From NCBI RefSeq assembly GCF_000091665.1, contig NC_000909.1, forward strand, positions 1,606,838 through 1,638,837: a DNA stretch of 32,000 nt, read 5' to 3'. Positions 20,222 through 30,157 of this stretch are shown piece after piece; the stretch's first letter is position 1, and every line of letters begins with the position of its first letter. The notes beneath the pieces were generated by a model. The model did no database searches and was not told where the DNA came from. It saw only the letters and a program-made list of their open reading frames with translations. The position numbers were made by a program, and so were the translations under genes. Source of the stretch: Methanocaldococcus jannaschii DSM 2661. Its GTDB lineage: Archaea > AGJL01 > Methanococci > Methanococcales > Methanocaldococcaceae.

Positions 20222-20272
20222 GAAAATGGATTAAGTAAAGTTGTAGGGATTAGATTATAGATTCTAAGAGGC
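20222..20272 (+). pseudogene. Diverged duplicate of the smc 3' terminus (ENGLSKVVGIRL*)
   Basis: 51-nt segment 43/51 identical to 20108-20158. In-frame translation is identical and ends in TAG instead of TAA. Confidence 0.9.
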
Positions 20273-20302
20273 TTATTTTTAGTTTATTTTTAGGTGATTA
20301 AA

Positions 20303-20827
20303 ATGGAATTAAAAGAAGCTAAATATTTAGGAGGTATTGGGGCGGTATTAAATTTAGTTTCTTATGCAGTTGGGGGAATTTTAGCTATTGCTGGATATGT
20401 TTTAATACTGCTGGCATTAAATAAGATTTCAAAGATTTTTAATGATGATGAGGTGTTTAAAAAATATTTATATGGTGTTGTTTTATGGATAATAGCTGTA
20501 TTAATTGTAATTTTTGCAGTAGGAATTTCTTTTGTATCTCTTTCATTTATCCCACTAGATTATGGACTAACGGCAATGTCATCTTTTTTAGTTGGTGTTA
20601 TTTTGTTTTATATCCTTTCAGTTATTGGAGGTTACTTTATAAAGAAAAGTTATGAAAAGGTTTCATATTACACTGGTGTTGATTCATTTAGAATTTGTGG
20701 ATTGCTGTATTTTATTGGAACACTACTTTTAATAGTGATTGTTGGGATTATTGTAATAATTGTTGCCCAAATTTTAGAGATTGTTGCATATTTCTCTTTA
20801 CCTGATGATTTAAAAAGTGAGAATTAA
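20303..20827 (+). CDS. DUF996-like multi-pass membrane protein
   Basis: KEAKYLGGIGAVLNLVSYAVGGILAIAGYVLILLALNKIS; several TM segments; ATG at 20303 behind AGGTGAT. Confidence 0.8.
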   Translation: MELKEAKYLGGIGAVLNLVSYAVGGILAIAGYVLILLALNKISKIFNDDEVFKKYLYGVVLWIIAVLIVIFAVGISFVSLSFIPLDYGLTAMSSFLVGVILFYILSVIGGYFIKKSYEKVSYYTGVDSFRICGLLYFIGTLLLIVIVGIIVIIVAQILEIVAYFSLPDDLKSEN

Positions 20828-20842
20828 ATAAAATGGGGTAAG

Positions 20843-21574
20843 ATGATAAGGGAAATTTTTAACTCAATAATGGGAGAAGGAAAATATATAGGGAGAAGGT
20901 TTATATTTGTGAGATTTGCTGGATGTCCATTAAACTGTGTTTATTGCGATGAAGAGAGCAAAGGATATTTTAATAGAGTGGAAAAAATCCCTGGAAGTGG
21001 AGAATTTGAAACTCTGCAAAAGATGGAGATTGAAGACATAATAAACGCTATAGATAAGCTAAAAACACCAGATTTGTTTGCAGTATCTTTTACAGGAGGA
21101 GAGCCATTACTCTACCATAAACAAATAAAAGAAATCGCTGAAATTTTAAAAGATAAAGGATACAGAACTTTCTTAGAGAGCAATGGGATGTTTCCAGAGA
21201 GAATTTTTTATTTTGATATCGCATCCATTGATATAAAGTTGAAAGAGCATTTTGAGTATATAAAAGATGAAGATTATGAAAAACTCTATAAAAATGAGCT
21301 TAAAACAATAAAAAAGCTGTATAATTTAAATTCTGATATTTATGCAAAGGTTGTTATAATGGAAGAGACAAATATAGAGGATGTAAAAATAATAGCAAAG
21401 GATTTGAGTGATATAGGAAATATAACTTTATGCATTCAACCAGTAACCCCCCATGGAAATATAAAATCTCCTTCTCAAAGGAAATTGTTTGAAATTATGG
21501 AAGCATGTGGAGAGTATTTGAAAGATAATGTTATGCTAACAATACAAATGCATAAGTATTTGGGGATGTTATAA
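20843..21574 (+). CDS. queE: 7-carboxy-7-deazaguanine synthase (archaeosine/queuosine precursor pathway)
   Basis: 243 aa; SIMGEGKYIGRRFIFVRFAGCPLNCVYCDE, SFTGGEPLLYH, ESNGMFPE, CIQPVTP. Confidence 0.85.
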   Translation: MIREIFNSIMGEGKYIGRRFIFVRFAGCPLNCVYCDEESKGYFNRVEKIPGSGEFETLQKMEIEDIINAIDKLKTPDLFAVSFTGGEPLLYHKQIKEIAEILKDKGYRTFLESNGMFPERIFYFDIASIDIKLKEHFEYIKDEDYEKLYKNELKTIKKLYNLNSDIYAKVVIMEETNIEDVKIIAKDLSDIGNITLCIQPVTPHGNIKSPSQRKLFEIMEACGEYLKDNVMLTIQMHKYLGML

Positions 21575-21610
21575 CATATACTGTAAAATCATTATTGAAT
21601 GAGGGAGATT

Positions 21611-22234
21611 ATGAATAAAGAATTATTAAAAAAGGTTATAGAGTTAAAAAGTAATGGACTTACAATTGGAGAGATTGCTGAGGAACTAAATGTATCAATG
21701 GAGACAGCAAGATATTTGGTTTTAAATGCTGAGAAATTGTTAAAAGAGGAGGAAAAAGCTATAAAGCTTGAAAATGTTGATATATTCATTGATTGGAAAA
21801 ATATTGGTAGCTCAGCAAATAGGTTAAAATACATTAGCTCAATAATAGTTGATATTTTAAAGAGCAGGAATATCGAATTCGATACCGTTGTTGGAGTCTC
21901 TACAAGTGGAGTTCCTATAGCTACTTTGGTAGCTTCCGAATTAGGTAAAGAATTAACTATCTACATACCAAAGAAGCATATATCTGAAGAAGGGAAAAAG
22001 ATAACTGGTTCAATATCACAAAACTTCTCAGCTGTAAATTACAAGAGAGCTGTTATCATAGATGATGTTGTAACAAGTGGAAGCACTTTAAAGGAGTGTA
22101 TAAAGCAGTTGAAAGAAGTATGCAGCCCAAAATTAGTAGTTGTATTGATAGATAAAAGTGGATTGGATGAGATTGAAGGCGTTCCTTTAATTCCATTGAT
22201 TAGAATAGGGGCTGTAAATGTAGAGCAAAAATAA
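21611..22234 (+). CDS. gfcR: HTH plus phosphoribosyltransferase-like transcriptional regulator (GfcR-type)
   Basis: LTIGEIAEELNVSMETARYLV HTH; PRPP motif RAVIIDDVVTSGSTL. Confidence 0.8.
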   Translation: MNKELLKKVIELKSNGLTIGEIAEELNVSMETARYLVLNAEKLLKEEEKAIKLENVDIFIDWKNIGSSANRLKYISSIIVDILKSRNIEFDTVVGVSTSGVPIATLVASELGKELTIYIPKKHISEEGKKITGSISQNFSAVNYKRAVIIDDVVTSGSTLKECIKQLKEVCSPKLVVVLIDKSGLDEIEGVPLIPLIRIGAVNVEQK

Positions 22235-22299
22235 AATAAACATTTTATTATCTTTATTTTTATTATTTTTATTTCAAAAATTTTTGGAGGTATATATTT

Positions 22300-22590
22300 A
22301 TGTTACCAAAAGCTACAGTAAAGAGGATTATGAAACAACACACAGACTTTAACATCTCTGCAGAGGCGGTTGATGAACTCTGTAATATGCTTGAAGAAAT
22401 TATAAAGATAACAACTGAAGTTGCAGAGCAAAATGCAAGAAAGGAAGGGAGAAAAACAATTAAAGCAAGAGATATTAAACAGTGTGATGATGAAAGATTA
22501 AAGAGAAAGATTATGGAACTTAGTGAAAGAACTGATAAGATGCCAATATTAATTAAAGAGATGTTGAATGTAATAACATCTGAATTATAG
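22300..22590 (+). CDS. Archaeal histone variant with C-terminal extension (MJ1647-like)
   Basis: Histone fold MLPKATVKRIMKQHTDFNISAEAVDELCNMLEEIIKITTEVAEQNARKEGRKTIKARDIKQC plus about 28-aa tail DDERLKRKIMELSERTDKMPILIKEMLNVITSEL. Confidence 0.93.
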   Translation: MLPKATVKRIMKQHTDFNISAEAVDELCNMLEEIIKITTEVAEQNARKEGRKTIKARDIKQCDDERLKRKIMELSERTDKMPILIKEMLNVITSEL

Positions 22591-22697
22591 TTCTTTTCAA
22601 AAGTGAATAAAATTTATTAAGGAAGTTTGAACTCCTTCCATTAGGAAGGAGTTCATCAGTGCCTTAGTTATTACAAAATATTTTGAAAAGAACTATA
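22586..22697. repeat. MITE-like palindromic element (element H) with perfect 17-bp terminal inverted repeats
   Basis: TATAGTTCTTTTCAAAA (22586-22602) and TTTTGAAAAGAACTATA (22681-22697); internal perfect hairpin GAACTCCTTCC-ATTA-GGAAGGAGTTC (22629-22654). Confidence 0.85.
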
Positions 22698-22733
22698 GAT
22701 TAATAACATCAGGATTAGTAACAAGGGGAGAGC

Positions 22734-23426
22734 ATGAAGATAGCAGTGACAAAATTCTTAGGGACTAATTGTGATTTAGATGTATGTCATGCAGTTAAAT
22801 TAGCTGGTGGAGAGCCAGAACTTGTTTTCTTTACTCAAGAAAATTTAGATAGCTATAAAGGAGCAGTTATTCCAGGAGGATTTTCCTATGGGGATTATTT
22901 AAGAGCAGGAGCAATTAGTGCAAGAACTCCTATAATTAAAGGTCTAAAAAAGATGGTTGAAGAAGGAAAGCCAGTTTTAGGAATATGTAATGGTGCTCAA
23001 ATTGGTTTAGAGGCGGGATTTTCAAAAGGAACTTTGACAAACAACTTAAATGCAAAATTTATCTGTAAATGGGTTTATATTAGGGTTGAAAATAACAAAA
23101 CACCATTCACTCAATATTATAAAAAAGGAGAGGTTTTAAAAATTCCTATCGCCCATGCTGAGGGAAGATTCTATGCAGATGATGAGACTTTAGATTATAT
23201 GTATAAAAATAACATGATTGTCTTTAAATACTGTGATGAAACTGGTGAAGTAACTGAAGAAGCAAATCCAAATGGTTCTATTGATAATATAGCTGGAGTT
23301 TGCAATGAAAATCAAAACTGCGTTTTATTAATGCCACACCCAGAGAGAGCAAGTGAAAAGATTCTTGGTTCAGATGATGGGTTGAAAATGTTTAAGGGCA
23401 TGATAGATTATGCTAAGAGGATTTAA
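22734..23426 (+). CDS. purQ: Phosphoribosylformylglycinamidine synthase glutaminase subunit
   Basis: 230 aa; GTNCDLDV, IPGGFSYGDYLRAGAI, GICNGAQIG, HAEGRFY, LLMPHPERA. Confidence 0.96.
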   Translation: MKIAVTKFLGTNCDLDVCHAVKLAGGEPELVFFTQENLDSYKGAVIPGGFSYGDYLRAGAISARTPIIKGLKKMVEEGKPVLGICNGAQIGLEAGFSKGTLTNNLNAKFICKWVYIRVENNKTPFTQYYKKGEVLKIPIAHAEGRFYADDETLDYMYKNNMIVFKYCDETGEVTEEANPNGSIDNIAGVCNENQNCVLLMPHPERASEKILGSDDGLKMFKGMIDYAKRI

Positions 23427-24586
23427 TTCTTAACATAAAAGAAAATACATTTTAAATACTCAAGATTTTTATTTCCTATAGATATTGGATGGTCTGGAGC
23501 TTGTCCTTTATAATCAATCATAATTAACTCTTTTTTTGCTCTAAAGGCAGAAGATATAACTGTTCTTTTAAACATTTCTTTATCTACATGGTGAGAGCAA
23601 GAGCAAGTGACAAATATTCTTTTAGCTAACTTTATCCCCAAATAATTTAAAGATGCATAAGCCCTTAGGGCATTTTTTATGTCATCCTCTGTCTGTGTAA
23701 AAGCTGGAGGGTCTAATATAACAACATCAAACTTCTCTTTATCCTCAATCATCTCTTTCATAACTTCAAAGGCATTCCCTTCAATAAACTCATATCTGTC
23801 CTTTGGAATATTGTTCAACTCTATGTTTTCTTCTGCCAATTTTAATGCCTTTTTGGACAAATCTACTCCTACAACTTCAGCTCCTCTTATCGCTGCATGA
23901 ACAGAGAAACCTCCAGTATAACAGCAGATATCTAAAACTCTATCTCCCTCTTTTATAAACTTCTCAAGATATAATCTATTCTCCCTCTGGTCTAAGAAAA
24001 AGCCTGTTTTATGCCCTCTAACATTCACTTTAAATTTAGCATCTCCTTCTTTAATAACTGTTTCAAATTTATTTTTATCTCCAAAGATTTTGTCCCTAAT
24101 TCTTTCCCCTTTCTTTCCTCTTTTGACATATATTGTTTCTAAGTCAGATAATTCAAATAAAATATCAACAATATCTTTTAAATACTCCTTTTCAATGAGC
24201 TTTGACATCAACTGCATAGCTCCGAGCTCGTTGTATTTATCAAATATTATTGTTGGTAACTCATCTCCTTCAGCATAAATCCATCTGTAAGTGTTTTTAT
24301 AATTTAAAATATTTTCTCTATAAATTTTAGCGTTAAATATTCTTTTGTAGAAGAAATCATAATCAATTTCTTCATCTTCAGTAGTTAAAATTTTTAAAAT
24401 TACTGATTTAGGGTTATATAAAGCCTTAGCAACAAATTTTCCATTATAAGTTAAAGTAACGATTTCCTCTTTTTTTGGTAAATCCCCTCTATTTTTTATG
24501 GCTTTTGTATAAACTAACCTTGAAAAATTTTTTATTGAATTGTAAGCCCTTCTGTCTATCTCTAATTTAATCAATATCATCACCAA
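23423..24586 (-). CDS. PUA-domain class I SAM-dependent rRNA methyltransferase (RlmI-like), paralog of 28954-30111
   Basis: GDRVLDICCYTGGFSVHAAIRGAEVVGVDLSKKAL, FDVVILDPPAF, FVTCSCSHHV. Confidence 0.9.
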   Translation of the reverse strand: MVMILIKLEIDRRAYNSIKNFSRLVYTKAIKNRGDLPKKEEIVTLTYNGKFVAKALYNPKSVILKILTTEDEEIDYDFFYKRIFNAKIYRENILNYKNTYRWIYAEGDELPTIIFDKYNELGAMQLMSKLIEKEYLKDIVDILFELSDLETIYVKRGKKGERIRDKIFGDKNKFETVIKEGDAKFKVNVRGHKTGFFLDQRENRLYLEKFIKEGDRVLDICCYTGGFSVHAAIRGAEVVGVDLSKKALKLAEENIELNNIPKDRYEFIEGNAFEVMKEMIEDKEKFDVVILDPPAFTQTEDDIKNALRAYASLNYLGIKLAKRIFVTCSCSHHVDKEMFKRTVISSAFRAKKELIMIDYKGQAPDHPISIGNKNLEYLKCIFFYVKN

Positions 24587-24588
24587 AG

Positions 24589-25698
24589 TTATTGTTTATC
24601 TTTTCCCTCTATTTTATTTACCAAATAAGAAACCCCTTCTTTTTTAAATATCTTAACTTTATCACCCTCTTTAATCTTCACATCTCCAATGTTATCAAAT
24701 TCATAAACCTCATAACTTTTGTCATCCATAACCATAATGGTTGGAGTTGTAGCTATAACCGTTGCAGTGTCTAATTCATCCTTCTTTTTTGCCATTTTTG
24801 TTTCCTTCTCTGCTATATGCCAAGCTAATCCGATTTTTTCTCTTTTATAATCAATAGATTTCATATAAACCTTATCTTCAGTTATCGCAGTAACTAAGTA
24901 GTATTTATCTTTATACTCAACGACATCCCCAACTTTATATTCAGGAACCCTTACAGAAACAGTAACTCTATAAAGTTCTTTTCCACTATCTCTATCCACT
25001 CCAACTAATGTAGCAGTTTCAGTAATCTTTCCACCATATTTCTCTTTAATTCTTTGAGCTACATTCCTTGCAGCTCCAACTGAACCAAGCTGATAATCCA
25101 ATCCCTCTTTTTGTGGAATGAATTTTGCTATAAATGCCATTCTATCCTTCTTTAATCTTTTAGCCAACTCTTCTCTAACAAAGTTATCCAACTCCTCTCT
25201 CTCCTCTTCAGTTAAATATCTATTCATAGCCCTAACTTGTAAGGTTGCCTCATAATAGTTAGACATAAATCTTGAACATCTTGGACACTGAACCATCCTT
25301 AAATGCACTTCTATATCTTTCTCATAGGTTCTGTCTTCTTTCTCTCCCGGTAATCTTCCCCTGGCTACAATATGCACTGGAATAATTAACTTACTTCTCT
25401 TCCCTCCAGGAAGTTGGGTAACTTCAGGATAAATCTCTACTTCAACCATAACACTTTTCTTTTTAATAGCGTCTTTTGTTGCATAATAAGCAATTTCATT
25501 CAATATCTCAAATGCTTCTTCACTTTTTGGTGTTTGCCAAATTTTTCTTTTGTAAGAACCACACATATGACAAACTTCTATCTCAACTCTATCTGGAACT
25601 TCAATTAATGGATGCTCCTGAGCATAGCAAATTGGGCAGAGTCCATCTATAAGTTCATCTTCAGCTCCACATCTGTAGCAAATTCCCCTAATCTTCAT
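24589..25698 (-). CDS. NMD3-family ribosome export/biogenesis homolog
   Basis: Zinc fingers [19 protein letters not shown] and [10 protein letters not shown]...[14 protein letters not shown]; ATG at 25698 preferred. Confidence 0.85.
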
Positions 25699-25784
25699 AA
25701 TATCACCAATAAAATTTATTATCCGTAAATTTACCATTATCATGTAGGTATAAAAATAAAATAAAATTCTTTCATGAAATACAT

Positions 25785-26564
25785 TTAATAAATAATCTCA
25801 ATCTCATCTAAATAATCAACATTCAATAACTTTGAGGCATTGTCCATAAACTTGGAGATTTCTAAAAATCCTTCACTATTTATTAAGCATATAAAGTTGT
25901 TCTTTTCCTCAAAATAGGACTTAACAAACTTACATTTTATAATCTTTTCAATGCCATTCTTATGCCTTATCTTTATCATTATGGTATCATAATATTTAAA
26001 TGTAACTTCATCCTTTTTTATGTTCGTTATTATATTTCCAAATCTGTCAATGTGTATAACTCTCTTTTTTGTTTCATCTATCTTAACCATCTCATCCAAT
26101 TCTTCCCCATCATAGCCATTATTGATTAAAATCTCAGCTCCTACAACAGCATAAACATCTCTTCCATGAAATGTTGAAGATGGTTTGTATCTTTCTTCAT
26201 CAATTTTAATAATCCTTTTTATCCCCAATTTTTCAGCTACGTAGGTAAATAATCCATTATCAGGCCCAACTAAATAATACCCACTTTTTGTTTCAATAAC
26301 GATGGATTTTCTCTCACTCCCAACCGTTGGGTCTATAACTGCAACATGAACTGAAGGAGGAAAGTATGGAATAGCTGTTAATAAAACATAAGCACCGTGA
26401 TATATATTAAATGGTTTTATTTCATGAGAGATGTCAATTATTTTTGCATCTTTATTATACTTTTTTAAAATATTTAGAATTCTACCTTTCATAGCTCCAA
26501 CATATCCCTCATTAGTTCCAAAGTCAGTTGTTAAGGTTATGATATCTAAAATATCATCCCTCAT
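25785..26564 (-). CDS. SAM hydroxide adenosyltransferase (DUF62 family)
   Basis: [73 protein letters not shown]. Confidence 0.9.
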
Positions 26565-26664
26565 ATAAATCCCCAAAAATATTTATTTACCACAACTACA
26601 ACTAATTACAAAGAAATCATATATAAATTATAATATATTCAGTTAGATACGCGTGGCTGAAATT

Positions 26665-28938
26665 ATGACAGCGTTAATAATCTGTGAAAAACCAAGTGTT
26701 GCCAAAAAGATAGCAAACGCTTTAGGAAAAGCTAAGAAAAAAAGCATTGATGGAGTTCCATACTATGAATTAGAAAGAGATGGGAAAAAAATTATAGTAG
26801 CAAGTGCTGTTGGGCATCTATTTACCTTAGTTGAAAAAGAGAATAAAGAATTTGGCTTTTATCCAGTATTTGATATAAAATGGGTGCCTGCAAGTGTTGA
26901 TAAGGGAAAAGAGTATGTAAATAAATACATAAAGGCATTAAAAAAACTATCAAAAGATGCAGATGAGTTCTATATAGCAACAGATTGGGACATTGAAGGG
27001 GAGCTAATAGGTTATCACGCATTAAAATATTGTTGTGGAAGAGAAAAGGCAAAGAGAATGAGATTCTCATCATTAACAAAAAAAGAGATAGTTAGAGCAT
27101 TTGAAAATCCGGATGAGATTGATTACGGCTTAGTTGATGCAGGAGAGAGCAGGCATATTTTAGATTGGTATTTTGGTATAAACCTATCGAGAGCTTTGAT
27201 GAACGCCATAAGGGCAGTGAATAGATGGAAAACGATGAGTGTTGGAAGAGTTCAAGGTCCTGCATTAGCTTTTTTAACTGAAAGAGAATTGGAAATTAAA
27301 AAATTTATCCCAAAGCCGTATTGGGTTATTGAGGCACTATTAAAAGATAATTTAAAGGCAATACACGAGAAAGAGAAATTTTGGAATGAAAAAGAGGCAA
27401 AAAATGTTTATGAAAAAATAAAAGATGAAAAATCTGCCAAAGTTGTTGAAATAAAGAAAACAAAAAGAAAGTTAAAGCCACTTCCACCTTTTGACTTAGG
27501 AACTCTACAGAGAGAGGCATATAGTTATTTTAAAATATCTCCAAAGGAAACGCAAGAAATTGCCCAAAAGCTTTATGAGAATGCTCTAATTAGCTATCCG
27601 AGAACATCCAGCCAAAAACTTCCAAAAGATAGAAAGTATTTGGAAGATATTCTAAATATAATAAAAAATCATCCAGTTTATGGAAAATGGGCAGAGAGAA
27701 TTTTAAAAGAGAATTTAAAACCAGTTGAAGGAAAGAAAGAAGACCCTGCACATCCAGCTATACACATTGTAGATATTCCAAAGGAAGAACTTTCAGAAAA
27801 AGAGAAGGAGATTTATGATTTAATTGCAAGAAGAACTTTAGCTGCTTTTTGGGATAATGCAGAGAGGGAATATTTAAATGTAAAAATTGACATTAAAGGA
27901 GAGAAGTTTAAGTTATCTGGTTCAAGGACAGTAAAAGAAGGATGGCATGAAATTTATTACTTCCCAAAATTTGATGAGATTGAATTGCCCCCATTAAAGA
28001 AAAATGACATAATTAAAGTTGAAAAGATAACAATAACAAGAAAAGAAACGCAACCACCAAAAAGATACACTGTTGCAAGCATAATTAAGGAATTAGAGAA
28101 AAGAGGGCTGGGAACAAAAGCCACTAGGGCAGAGATCATAGACAAATTAATAAAAAGGGGCTATGTCATTGATGATGGTTCTTTAAAAGTAACTGACTTA
28201 GGAATTTCAGTAATCGAGACATTAAAAAGATTCTGCCCAGAAATTATCGATGAAAAGATGACAAGGGATTTAGAGGAAAAGTTGGAGAAAATACAGTTTA
28301 GAAAAATTAAAAAGGATGATGTTTTAGATGAGGCTGAAAAAAGATTAAGAAAAATATTGGAAGAATTTAAAAAGAAAGAGGAAGATATTGGAATCTACCT
28401 TATCAAAAACTTAGATGCCACAAATAAAAAAGCAAAAATTGTTGGAAAATGTCCTAAATGTGGAGGAGACTTAATTTTAATAAGACATAAAAAGGGCAGG
28501 TTTGTTGGCTGCTCTAACTATCCTGAATGTGATGTAAAATACTCCTTACCAGATAAAGGTAGGATAAAAATTCCAAACAAAGTTTGTGATGCATGTAAAT
28601 CACCTATTTTAAAAATAGGAGATAGAGAGATATGCATAAATCCAGAATGTCCTTTAAAACAAGTAGAGGTTAAAGAAGAAGATAGGATTTGCCCAAAGTG
28701 CGGAGCTAAGCTAATTTTAAAGAAAGGAGTTTATGGAGCATTTTATGGTTGTTCAAACTATCCAAAGTGTAAATATACAGAACCAATAAATAAAAAAGAA
28801 GTTGTAGGAAAATGCCCTAAATGTGGAGGAGATTTAGTTGTTAGAGAAGGTAAGTTTGGAAAGTTTGTTGGTTGCTCTAACTATCCAAAGTGTAGATATA
28901 CTGAAAAACTAAAACTAAATGAAAAAGAAGAAAAATAA
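26665..28938 (+). CDS. topA: DNA topoisomerase I (type IA) with C-terminal zinc ribbons
   Basis: LIICEKPSVAKKIANALG, active-site region LISYPRTSSQKLP, ATDWDIEGELIG; four or more C4 ribbons (CPKCGGDLILIRHKKGRFVGCSNYPEC etc.). Confidence 0.96.
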   Translation: MTALIICEKPSVAKKIANALGKAKKKSIDGVPYYELERDGKKIIVASAVGHLFTLVEKENKEFGFYPVFDIKWVPASVDKGKEYVNKYIKALKKLSKDADEFYIATDWDIEGELIGYHALKYCCGREKAKRMRFSSLTKKEIVRAFENPDEIDYGLVDAGESRHILDWYFGINLSRALMNAIRAVNRWKTMSVGRVQGPALAFLTERELEIKKFIPKPYWVIEALLKDNLKAIHEKEKFWNEKEAKNVYEKIKDEKSAKVVEIKKTKRKLKPLPPFDLGTLQREAYSYFKISPKETQEIAQKLYENALISYPRTSSQKLPKDRKYLEDILNIIKNHPVYGKWAERILKENLKPVEGKKEDPAHPAIHIVDIPKEELSEKEKEIYDLIARRTLAAFWDNAEREYLNVKIDIKGEKFKLSGSRTVKEGWHEIYYFPKFDEIELPPLKKNDIIKVEKITITRKETQPPKRYTVASIIKELEKRGLGTKATRAEIIDKLIKRGYVIDDGSLKVTDLGISVIETLKRFCPEIIDEKMTRDLEEKLEKIQFRKIKKDDVLDEAEKRLRKILEEFKKKEEDIGIYLIKNLDATNKKAKIVGKCPKCGGDLILIRHKKGRFVGCSNYPECDVKYSLPDKGRIKIPNKVCDACKSPILKIGDREICINPECPLKQVEVKEEDRICPKCGAKLILKKGVYGAFYGCSNYPKCKYTEPINKKEVVGKCPKCGGDLVVREGKFGKFVGCSNYPKCRYTEKLKLNEKEEK

Positions 28939-28953
28939 AATGGTGAATTAGCT

Positions 28954-30111
28954 ATGACTACAAAGCTATATGTTGATTTTGGAGGATATTCTGCTATAGA
29001 AAAAGGAAATTTAATCATTCCAAGGGATAATATTTTAAATAAAGAGGACTTTGACAGTATTGAGATTGGAGAAGTTGTTGATATCTACTCAAAGAGAGGA
29101 AAATTTTTAGGGAGAGGTTTTAAAAATCCAAAAGAAGTAAGAATAATGACTTTGAGAAAAGAAGATTTGGATGAAAACTACATAAGAGAGAAGATAATTA
29201 AAGCAAATGAATATAGACTAAAATTAGGATTTAAAGATACTTATAGAATGGTTTATACTCAGTCAGATTGGTTAAATGGCTTAGTTATTGATAAATACAA
29301 TGACATAGCTACAGTTCAGATATTTAACTATGGTATTGAGAAGATGAAGGATGTTGTTGTTGAAACTCTTTTAGATTTAGGCATTGACAGCATATATGAA
29401 AAAAGTTCTGGAAGGAATAGAAAGAGAGCTGGATTACCAGAAGTAGAAGGAATATTGGCTGGAGAGAAAACAGAAACTATCATTCAAGAGGGAGAGGCAA
29501 AATTTAAAGTTACATTTGATGGGCAGAAAACTGGCTTTTTCTTAGACCAGAGAGAAAATAGGTTAGAGCTTGAGAAGTTTATAAAAGAGGGAGATAGGGT
29601 TTTGGATATATGTTGTTACACTGGTGGATTTTCAGTTCATGCAGCGATAAGAGGAGCTGAGGTTGTAGGAGTGGATTTATCAAAAAAGGCATTAAAATTG
29701 GCAGAAGAAAACATGGAGTTAAACAATATTCCAAAAGATAGATATGAATTTATTGAGGGGAATGCCTTTAAAGTTATGGAGGAGTTTATAGAGGATGGGG
29801 AGAAGTTTGATGTTGTTATATTAGACCCTCCAGCTTTTGCTCAATCAAAGAAAGCTTTAAAATCTGCTATAAAAGGATATCACATGCTAAATAGATTTGG
29901 AGCTAAATTAGCTGATAGGTTGTTGGTTACATGCTCTTGCTCTCAACCCTTAGAACCAGACGCTTTTAAAGCTTTGGTTATAGACGCTTGCTTAAAGGCA
30001 AAAAAATGGGCTAAGATTATAAAGTATGGTTCTCAAAGCCCAGACCATCCAATAACTTCTAAAGGGACTGAGTATCTAAAATGCTTATTTTTAAGTGTAG
30101 AAGAAATTTAA
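28954..30111 (+). CDS. PUA-domain class I SAM-dependent rRNA methyltransferase (RlmI-like)
   Basis: N-terminal PUA-like region, GDRVLDICCYTGGFSVHAAIRG, FDVVILDPPAFAQSKK, LVTCSCSQPL. Confidence 0.9.
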   Translation: MTTKLYVDFGGYSAIEKGNLIIPRDNILNKEDFDSIEIGEVVDIYSKRGKFLGRGFKNPKEVRIMTLRKEDLDENYIREKIIKANEYRLKLGFKDTYRMVYTQSDWLNGLVIDKYNDIATVQIFNYGIEKMKDVVVETLLDLGIDSIYEKSSGRNRKRAGLPEVEGILAGEKTETIIQEGEAKFKVTFDGQKTGFFLDQRENRLELEKFIKEGDRVLDICCYTGGFSVHAAIRGAEVVGVDLSKKALKLAEENMELNNIPKDRYEFIEGNAFKVMEEFIEDGEKFDVVILDPPAFAQSKKALKSAIKGYHMLNRFGAKLADRLLVTCSCSQPLEPDAFKALVIDACLKAKKWAKIIKYGSQSPDHPITSKGTEYLKCLFLSVEEI

Positions 30112-30157
30112 ATTACTAACTAAAGGTTTCAGGTGAAAAAATGAGATATGTAGCTTA

